64,000 bases of DNA from Diplonema japonicum (lineage: Eukaryota > Protista > Euglenozoa: Diplonemea): the NCBI GenBank assembly GCA_964019335.1, contig OZ025690.1, positions 1-64,000 of the forward strand, given 5' to 3'. Shown piece by piece: positions 55,489 to 64,000 of this stretch. Position 1 is the stretch's first letter. Each line of letters starts with the position of its first letter. The notes below the pieces were generated by a model, which was not told where the DNA came from, did no database searches, and was given only the letters and a program-made list of their open reading frames with translations. A program made the translations under genes and the position numbers.

Positions 55489-56319
55489 CTACAGTCTTTT
55501 CGTGATCTCTTCAACGCGCGCTGCGGACCGTGCACGGGCAGCCTCAGTGCGGCCTTGGCAGTCACGCGGGAGGCAGACGTGAAGTGTGTCCAGCAAATAG
55601 TGCGAGATGGTGACACACTGGCTACCGAGGAGGGGGAGGGGGCCGAGCGACGCCTTTACAAAGGGCAGCCCATGGTGCACAAGGGTAGAGGTGACCACGT
55701 CTGACTGTGCAGGTGTGAGGCCGTGGTTGTCACCTAGGATGAGAAGCACCCCCGAATCGGGGTTAGAAAGGGAAGATGAGAGGCTAGGGGCATCCTCATC
55801 CAGCAGAATGGCCAAAGGAGGTGCGTCCTTGTAGTAAGAAATCATCTTGAGGAGACCTTCTGCAAGGGCAAGGTCCCTGTGAAGGGCTATACCCTTCGTG
55901 CACAGAAGCGTCTTTGCCATGATCTGCTCCATGGCCTCGGTGGGGGGGACACCATTCTTCTTGGCGTAGTCCTTGACCTTCCTGTCGTTGGGAAGGTCGG
56001 GCTGCAGGACCTTCTTGAAAAGGCTTGCGATGTTCCGCTCATCGGGCCGCAGGTGCTTCACCTCTGCACCTTTGAACACGACGAGGTTCCCGTTGTCGCC
56101 TTCCTTCTCCAGCATGCAGCACCCCATCGTTGTGTTGCGCCGCAGCCCAAAGCTCATGAAGAAGGAGTTCGCCACCACACGCGACATCATGTCGACCCGC
56201 CCTTCCACAAGGGAGTCCAATGCGAAGTCACCATTCCATGCCTTCGTGTTGCACACAAGAAACACACCCCGCCTGAAGCAACCCTCACCGCAAAGGTCGA
56301 ATGCGCCACTTGCTGCCAT
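55489..56319 (-). CDS. TrmY-like SPOUT methyltransferase (tRNA pseudouridine-54 N1-methyltransferase family)
   Basis: GRVDMMSR...SFFMSFGLRRNT, LRPDERNIA, LILGDNHGL, SLGPLPLLGSQCVTISHYLLD. Confidence 0.85.
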   Translation of the reverse strand: MAASGAFDLCGEGCFRRGVFLVCNTKAWNGDFALDSLVEGRVDMMSRVVANSFFMSFGLRRNTTMGCCMLEKEGDNGNLVVFKGAEVKHLRPDERNIASLFKKVLQPDLPNDRKVKDYAKKNGVPPTEAMEQIMAKTLLCTKGIALHRDLALAEGLLKMISYYKDAPPLAILLDEDAPSLSSSLSNPDSGVLLILGDNHGLTPAQSDVVTSTLVHHGLPFVKASLGPLPLLGSQCVTISHYLLDTLHVCLPRDCQGRTEAARARSAARVEEITKRL

Positions 56320-56793
56320 GACCTTCTTAAAAGATGGGGTACATTGAAGCGAGGTGGGAGGTTCAAAAAAAAAATAAGAATTTAAAAAAAAAAAAGAAAG
56401 AAAAAAAAAAGTATATTTGGAAATAAAAAAAAGACCAGACCAGAGAGAATTTGAAGAAAAAAAATAAGAAGAAGAAAAAAACGGAATTGCCAGAAGGGTG
56501 TGACGGGAAACAAAAAAAAAAGAGAAAAAAAGAATGAAGGGGTGGGGGAGGAAGCCAAGAAGAATGAAAAAGTTGGAAAAAATAAAAGAGGGTGAAAAAA
56601 AAAAAAAAAGAGGGAAGTGATAAACTCCTTTTTTTTTCTTTTTTTTTTTTTAAAAAAGTTCCGCGTAGTCTTTCCCCTTTCTTTGTGATTCGTTCTTTTC
56701 TTTTCTTTTCTTTTCTTTTTCTTTTGGAAAAAAAAAGAGGGAAAAAAGAGGGCCAGAATAATTATGAAGCACTCTGTAGAGGTGACAAAAAAA

Positions 56794-56833
56794 GGTGTCT
56801 TTGAACGAACCTGCAGTAGGTGACAGGATCGCC
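56794..56833 (-). mobile_element. 40-bp terminal fragment of the SL-headed element at 57256
   Basis: GGTGTCTTTGAACGAACCTGCAGTAGGTGACAGGATCGCC nearly matches 57256-57296; flanked on both sides by plus-strand A runs. Confidence 0.8.
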
Positions 56834-57148
56834 AAAAAAAAAAAAAAGGACCAAGAGGAAAAAGGAAAACACAGGAATACGGTTGGCCGCTTTGTGCCCA
56901 CCAACAACTTTTGTACAACTACTTGCGACATAAGGAGCACAACATGAAGCAATTCTTTTCGTAAGACAATAAAATATTTTATGGCTAAAAGAAGAAAAGA
57001 AAGGGGTTTGTCTTTTATGCAGGATTCTTGTGCTAGTTTTCTTTTTTTTTTTTCTATTGTTTTCTCTCCCTCTCCCCCCCCCCCCCCCCACGCCTCTTTG
57101 CATCCTTTTCTTCTGTTTCGTTACTTTTGCTTATAAAATACAATAACG

Positions 57149-57192
<44 letters not shown>

Positions 57193-57255
57193 CCTGAGAG
57201 GATGTGGAAAATAAAATTTTAAACTAATTCGATGGGAAAAAAAAAAAAAAAAAAA

Positions 57256-58091
57256 GGTGTCTTTGAAGGGAACCTGCAGTATGTGACAGGATCGCCTAAC
57301 ACAATCAACTCATCTAGTGTTTGATTCCTTCTGTCGTGGTACAGTTCAGTGCCACCCACGAATGGCTTGGTGCAGATGATTTTGAATCAAGGCCGAGCGC
57401 CTTGAGACGAGAGGAGAGTTGGACCGGTCCGAGGGATTGAAGTAGATACCAGCCGTGAGCTGGTCGGGAATCACGTTGTGGATCTGCTGGGCTCCCCAGT
57501 GTTGCTGTACCAGTGCTAAGGGGGGTTTAACAGGGGCAGGTCTGCTCGTCCAATTGGTGGCCGCCCCGAGTATGTCTTGGCGCTTCCTCTTGTCTCCTTC
57601 CTCGGGGGTGTCCTCTTCGATTGTTGCTGCTGCTGCTGGGCCAGCTGTCCCTTCGATTGTTGCTGCTGGCGCGGTTGCCCCTTTGCCTGTTGGTCTTGGA
57701 GCTGCTGCTGAAATTGCTGGGGTTGACCCTTCGGTTGGTATGGCTGTGGAGGTTGTTGCGAGCAAATGACTGTTGGGGTTGCGACGGGGGCTGGTATTGT
57801 TGCAGAGCTGGCTGTTGCTGCGGGGTGGGCTGTTGAGGGGAGGCCTGTGCCTTTTCGACCAACTGTAAGATGCAGCTTAGTGTGGTCAGCACCAGGCTCC
57901 TGTTTTCCTCGGAGAGGTCGCCCGCTAGCAGGCTCTGTGCCCTCTGGACCAGATGATGGGGGTCCATGGTCGCGTCGGTGAGGGGGGAATAAAACTGACT
58001 TTGTAAAAACTCGCTCTCTTGTCTACCGATCACTATAAACTCTTGTACTCCTACAATAAAGTACAGAAACTGTAGCTTTAGAATCGTTGGT
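57256..58091 (-). mobile_element. SL-headed retroposed element/retrocopy in a T tract, with two overlapping ORFs
   Basis: T run, SL, 86-nt leader, ORF MDPHH... (57967-57527) overlapping a second frame ending at 57346, defined terminus, T run. Confidence 0.7.
58054..58091 (-). ncRNA. Spliced-leader exon copy 3 (38 nt, not followed by GT)
   Basis: ACCAACGATTCTAAAGCTACAGTTTCTGTACTTTATTG|TAGGAG, the form expected of a mature trans-spliced junction. Confidence 0.9.
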
Positions 58092-59057
58092 AAAAAAAAA
58101 AAAAAACACCACCCCTAATAGAAAAAGTAGGTTTTGCGAATTAACTTTACTGTAAAAGCTCTTAATATTTCTTGGAGCAAGTCAACCAAAGCAGAAAGAT
58201 AGGACTCAGGATCACAGCGGCCTGTACAACAAAGTACCTACTCCGCCCGAGCCCCCATCTCGCACATATGAGCCGTCTAACGAACGCCAAGACGGTGACC
58301 TGGCACAATTTTTTATTCCCGGACAAAAGTTAAGAGTTTTACAGTATTTTCCTTCTCCTTTTTTTTTTTTTTTAAATTTATATGTGGGGTTGAAAATCGC
58401 TTTAAAAAAAAAAAAAAAAACAAAGGACTTATCCACCCGTCAGAACATACTGGAAGAAGAGGGTGGGGGGGGGGGGGGGGGGGGGGGGCAGGGGTTGAGG
58501 ATGCCAAAACCTTTAGCAGCAGAAATCGGCACTATAGTCGCATCGGGCACCTCCTTGAATAAAGCTTTTGCGCTAATAACAAAAATAACAAACTCTTTTA
58601 TATAACTCCAGCCAGACCCTCAACCGTGGGAGTCAATCTAATATTTTCACGCTAGAAAAACAGGTGCAGGAATGAAAACTACTTTATGCATGAATATAAA
58701 GTACTTAACATTCACGCTTGGGCAGCACCACACGGACCTCCCCCCACACCTTCAAATCTGACTGACGTTAAATAAAACAACGGATTTAGTGAAAAATAGA
58801 TCCGATTTTCACTTGTGGTGGCATGTTTAACTCGTCGGCGTTACTGCACTCGCTTCGCTCGTGAAGTCATATACCCACTCGTTAAACCACTGCTACCACG
58901 CGTGAAAGCACACGATCTTATTTCACTAAATAAATAGTTATTTTTTCTTTTTTGTTTCTTGTTTTTTTTTTTCTTTTTTTTTTCTTCTCTATTTGCTCTC
59001 CCAACACAATACCCCAATTTCAAAAAAAAAAAAAAATGGAAAGAGAAAAAAAAAAAA

Positions 59058-59540
59058 TATATGAGTTAAAGGAAGTCTTTGTGAGACGCCCCCTTGTTCT
59101 CATCTTCTACCTGCACCTATCCCCTTTCAGCAGCGGTTTCTCCTCCTTTGGTGGTCTTGCCGGCCTTCTCCCCAGCCTGGCCGCTCTTTCTCTTCGTTCT
59201 CTCGCCCATTGTCCTTTCAACGCCTCTAGGTCTTGCTTGGTCTTCGGTGATGCAAATATCGCCCTCCTGTTCCATCCGATCACCGCCTTTGTCCTCCCGA
59301 TGGATCGTAGTGTGTGCACCCTTGTGCTCGGCTCAGCTGGGAAGGCCCTCCTTCCTTTCACCTTCTTCAGTACCCTCCCTAGCTCCCATGTGTGCCAGAT
59401 CTTCTTCATCAGTCCATGCAATCTCCTCGCTTTCTGCTGTACTTCTGCGAGATCCCCCAGCTTCCCTCCAAGGGTCTTCCCGGTCACGTTCTCGAAATCC
59501 AGTGCCAGCTCCACCGTCGACACTGACGTGTTTCTGCTAC
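59058..59540 (-). mobile_element. Probable 5'-truncated insertion carrying a basic ORF fragment (59107-59523)
   Basis: Bounded by homopolymer runs, ORF has no ATG start, terminal 43 bp recurs at 3863-3905. Confidence 0.5.
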
Positions 59541-59788
59541 AAAAAAAAAAAAAAAAAAAAACAAAAAAAAGGAGTAATCTGGAGGGGAGGAAAGTGGAAT
59601 GAAATACTGGGGAGGGGGAAGGGGAGGGGGGAAGGTGTTGTAAGGAAAGGATAAAGAATGCCTTTTCTTCTTCTTTTTTTTTTTCCCTTTCATTCTCTTC
59701 TTTTTCATTTTTTTTTTAAAAAGAAACAAATAAGTTTGTTTGCCCCCCCCGATCCCTTACCCTTTATTTTTCTTCTTTTTAAATTATT

Positions 59789-61781
59789 TCACAGCGAATT
59801 TTGTTTTCCAACTAATTGTGGTAGTTCCACGCAGGCCCTATTTGAATTTTTTTTTTCCCCCCAATCAAATATATCTTCATACTTCAAAGTAGATACAATA
59901 TCAGAATCTTTTACCTCAACAGGTGAAGGTTGAAGAGGTAGAGAAGAGACGCTGCTAAGGGCGGTCTGTTTTTTTTTTTTTTTTTCTTCCCCACATACCG
60001 AATGCACAAACGTGATTGTCGCACCATCACAAGAAGGAGTCCCTGCCCTGGACCCACCTGTCTCCCAAACGGAGTCAGGCAGCTCAAGGGGGGTGGCGAG
60101 GAAGATAACAAGCGAGACACGCGGCGCGTGGAGAACCGTGTCAGGAGTAGCCGTGAAGAAATGTTCATCCGGCAATGGCGCTACGCCTTCCCGTATAGGC
60201 ACAGCACCAGCGAACTCAGCAGTGTCGGTGGCAAGCTCTGCATCGGCACAGATGACAAGCATAGAAGGTACGACGATGGTGGAGAGGATGTGCTCAATGA
60301 ACTGGAACTGGTCCAACAACTGGTCAGCAACGCGGAAGAAGTGATGCATGGTGCCCTGCAGCTTTGCCCTTATGGGTGTCTGCATCCCGACAGGAGGCTC
60401 GAAGGCTTCCGCACCACTGAACACCTTTACCGGAGGGGCGTCTTCTTTCTTCTCGGGGACGACGAACCTCGTCGCGCACCTGCCTACCTTCTCCGACTGC
60501 TCCACCGTCACAAGCGTTGTCTTGTGGTTCACTACATCTTTGACTTCCTCCAGGGTCGACACAGGGATGCCATTCACATGGGTGAGCCGCCTCCCTGTGA
60601 ACCGGCTGACACCGTGTGATGCAGCCTTCAAAGACGGGTTCACAGACTTGATGACAAGGCTGCCGTCGATGAATTTGATGCCCAGCCGCTCCTTTGGGTA
60701 CCGCTTGATGGTCACCTCCGACTCCATGAAGACGTCGTCCAGCAGTGCCTCCGTGTCGTCGTCGCGGTCCTTGTACTTCGAAGGCTTCTTGAACCTCTCG
60801 ATGAAATACATGCACCAAGCGTTTTTCTTCTTTTTGCCGCCTGTTTCGTCCCTGAACCGCAGCGTCAGAGGCGCCGACCCCGGCACCGTGCAGTGGTTCG
60901 TCTTCTCGTCGATGGCCGTCACGGACACCGTGAAGGGAACGCCTGTCACCCGCCCGCCGCATTTTAGTTTCCTCTCGTCCCACCAGATGCCCTCTGCAAA
61001 CCCACGGCCTTCGAAACGCAGATTGATCGAAGTCTTGTTGGCCACGATTCTGTAAAGAAAAAAAAAACGTTCTTTTTGTTTCGTCGGGATAATACCTTGC
61101 CACCTGGTCCAGCGAGCTCACCTCGCTGCCGTTGACGTGTGTCAGCCGCTTCCCGACGAACTTCCCGGCGCCGTAGTTGTGTCCCACCTTGCCGGAGTTC
61201 ACGGATTTCAGCACAAGCGTCCCCTCGTTGAACTTCAACCCGATCCTCTCTTTGGGCCGCCTCACGATTCTCACGCGTGTCCCCTTCTCGTTCTCAGATG
61301 TCGGTAGCGTGTCGACGATACTCCGCACGGTGTTCCTTGTCGAGGCGAGGGAGTCGTAGTGGCAGATCACCGCAAGGTGCTGCGGCAGGCGTGAGATGGC
61401 CGCTTTCCATAAAGCGGCGATCACTGCCGTCGTGGTGACCCCTGACAGGGACTGGCACTGCAGGACAGCATCGATACCCATTGCAAGGGGGGCTACCAGT
61501 GCGCGCTGCAAGGGCAGTGGCTTGCATATCCAACTGTTTACGTTCAGCCACCTCAGCAAAGGCTCAGGCAGCATGAACCCAGGGGTTCCAACACTTTCCC
61601 ACCCCGTCACTTGCGAACTGGAGTACAACCTCTCTACTAGGTCGAAGTCCTCATGCACCAGTTCCCTCCATAACACGCACACCATGCTCGCGCACGCCAA
61701 CGATCTTCTGTCTAACATACTCAGCACCAACAGCATCATGTCCTTCGCAAGCAATCGTATCGAAGGTTGCATCACAGCCAT
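59789..61781 (-). CDS. F-box + degenerate eIF4A-like DEAD-box + two PDZ-like domains
   Basis: LAKDMMLLVLSMLDRRSLACASMVCVLWR; LPEPLLR...KPLPLQRAL..P...GIDAVLQCQSLSGVT; two copies of R.PKER(I/L)G(L/I)KF..G.LV...G(K/R)RLTHVNG; VSLVIF...GSRAG...GATITFV. Introns 61050-61095 and 59966-59998. Confidence 0.75.
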
Positions 61782-62097
61782 TCTTAGGCCCTCGGACCTC
61801 CTCCCCGCCCTCCTCCCCCCTGAAGTGGGCTGGTTATTGCAAAAAAAAAAGTTGTCTCGATTTTAGTGGTGCCATGCAGTATGTGACACAGCGGCCACCC
61901 ATGTGAAACTTCGCCCCGAAGCCTCCCAAGTCCCCTGTGGTCCCGTAGAAAGTAAAAGTGGAGAGGTAAAGAAAGCTTGGAAATTGAAATAGGGAGAGGG
62001 GCCACAGAAGCAATTAAACACCAACTAGAGAGTTGTGGGAGGCTTGCTTCACTGACAAAAAAAAAAAAAGAAAAAAACTGTGTATAAATATTACAGG

Positions 62098-62446
62098 CTA
62101 CGAAATGGGCCCCATATTGTCAGAGACGTGCAGGGATGGGGTCATGGAGCTCGGCCACCCTGAGCCGAACTGGAAGCTGTTCGGGTTCGAACCCTGTTGT
62201 TGTGTTTTGCTTGGATTACAACAGTGCGTACCTTGGGATACGTGGACCAGTCAGGTGCGGAGTTCGTGACGCCGGCCGCAGCGCCAGGATCGGGGTATGT
62301 GTATTTAGAATCACTCAAACTAGGAGTTGGTTTGTGTCTGCTTTGTGGACATACGTGGGGATCTTCCTGAAGGACGGCCTCCAGGGAGCCCCGGATTTGG
62401 CTGATATCGGCGGCCCCACCGCATGTGTGCTGAGTTTTGCCACCAT
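62098..62446 (-). CDS. Hypothetical ~91-aa protein, three exons (absent from the ORF track)
   Basis: Introns 62320-62354 (GTATG..TAG) and 62194-62231 (GTACG..CAG) give MVAKLSTHAVGPP...DNMGPIS*. Confidence 0.55.
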
Positions 62447-62622
62447 ATGTCAGTTGGTTTCTTGTTTGTATTTGTGTAAGTGTTCTTTTTTCTCCCTCTC
62501 TCCCCCCGGCACCCTCTGCCGCCTTCCTGTGCACTGATGAGGGAGGAAATGAAAAAAAATACAAGGGGGGGGGAAAGCCGGTCGATAATAAAAATTCAGT
62601 TTTTTTCTCGTTTTCCGCTGGC

Positions 62623-64000
62623 TTAGTTCTCGGGGAGCTCTGTGCCACGCTTTCCTGATGAATTTCGTCTTGCCGCCGCTACCTCGTATTCCCATCTTAG
62701 AAGTGATTCGCGGGTGAACTCCCGTTCTCGGGGGAGACCGGTGGCAACGCTCGTGCCAAGGAAATCTTCAATATGCTTGTTGCGTGGCTCGTTGGTCTCT
62801 GGGTCGTCATACGCAAGAACCTATATTGTTCTCTTAAGTCTAGTGCCATACCTGTGACTTCGAGTACCCTCGTGAGAAGGTGTCCTTCCTGTGATCGTTG
62901 AAGCTCTCCATCGCTGCAAGCACGTCGTCACCAGCTTGCTTCCGCAGCGTCACTGCGTCCGTCTCCTTTCTCACCTGCCTCGCGTCTTGCCTCATAGCTT
63001 CTCTGTAATGTCTCTTTAGCCTTGGATCATCTGTGGCCAGCTCCCACCAATCAGGGTCCACAAACCCTCTCGTAGGGTTCTGCACAGAACCCGCCGTCGC
63101 CTCCCAGTATGCGTTGACCTCTGGCATAGGCTTTCCTTTGTTGCGGTTCTTGATGACCTCTGCCCTCTTCTGTCGCATGGATGCCATCATTTCGTGGGAC
63201 TGTCTGTTCAGATCGTGCTCGCCGCTCAAACTGTGCTCGTTCTCAAAGTCTTCGTACTCCTTCGTCCTTGCGAGGGACTCGCTTAGGTTTTGGGCAGCGC
63301 CGTCGCGCCGCCTGTGCTCCTTGTAACCGTTTTCGAAGACTGTTTTGTACTCTTGCAACACCATCTTCTTCTCAAGCTGGTTGAGCTTTTTTCTGTCTGA
63401 CACGTGCTGCAGTCGCTTCCGGGCCACCTCTTCGCGTGCCTTTTGGATGTTCACCACGTACTCGTCTGCGATCTCCTCGCCGACCTCCCTGCGCAGCATG
63501 TCAAACTCGTCCTGTTCCATGAAGCCCACGTTGTCGAAGGCAGCAAGCGTCTCGCCGTCTGCATCGGGCCTGCCTTCCATTTCGTTGTCCGCTTTGACCC
63601 GCCTCTCGTCTTCTTGTGTGCCCAGCAAGGACGCCTGATACCTCTTATGCGCCGCTCTAGCATAGTCCCACTTGTGCTGTGCTCCGTCTACTGCAACATG
63701 CTGCAGATACTCCTTCGCTTTCTGCTCGCAGTACGGGTCACCACTTCGCAGGTCCGCGTCGATCCCCTTATACCGCCGAAGGACCCTTGCCTTCGCTTCT
63801 TCGATCCTCGCTGCAATCCTCACGTGCTCCTCCGGCCCTATTGGTTCGCCTCTCCGCACAGCCATCTTGTAGATCTTGTCCTCGGCAGCTTCCTGTTCCT
63901 TCTGCATCATGTACCTGCAGCCCCCGTCCATCTCTTGCTCTTCGTATATCTGCTGGTACACATCCAGTCTCTTATCAAACCTGGGATCCTTGTCCCCTGT
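62623..64000 (-). CDS. Hypothetical helical protein, 5' end outside the window
   Basis: Long charged ORF reaching the window edge; intron 62821-62851 adds VLAYDDPETNEP...TELPEN*. Confidence 0.75.

Noticed and set aside
61875-61888. Third copy of the 57256 terminus (TGCAGTATGTGACA)
   Set aside because: Only a 14-bp match without the terminal GGTGTCTTTG or immediate homopolymer flanks.

Overview
Eukaryotic nuclear DNA from a euglenozoan, most likely a diplonemid. Three copies of a diplonemid-type spliced-leader (SL) exon, (A)ACCAACGATTCTAAAGCTACAGTTTCTGTACTTTATTG, lie on the minus strand. About 30 protein genes all sit on the minus strand as a directional cluster, broken by very short (mostly 30-50 nt) GT-AG introns and separated by A/T homopolymer tracts. 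Recognisable genes include PF16/SPAG6, KRR1, RPN7, a peroxisomal ABCD transporter, a LanC-like protein, RFC1, TBCC, an ITPK1-choline/ethanolamine kinase fusion, an adenosine/adenine deaminase, a PHD-like 2OG oxygenase, UTP4, a TrmY-like SPOUT methyltransferase and an F-box/PDZ/pseudo-DEAD-box protein. The first ~10 kb is mobile-element-rich. Read on the minus strand it runs: decayed CRE/SLACS-type retrotransposon endonuclease fragment, SL exon, non-coding repeat-rich unit ending in a short A tail, SL exon, leader, then an ORF with an intact AlkB demethylase domain. A third SL heads an insertion in a T tract at 57-58 kb. The best candidate for a new system is a family of SL-headed retroelements or retrocopies, one of which carries its own AlkB; that enzyme may remove RT-blocking RNA base methylations. 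The mechanism is a hypothesis, and no RT domain is visible in the window.
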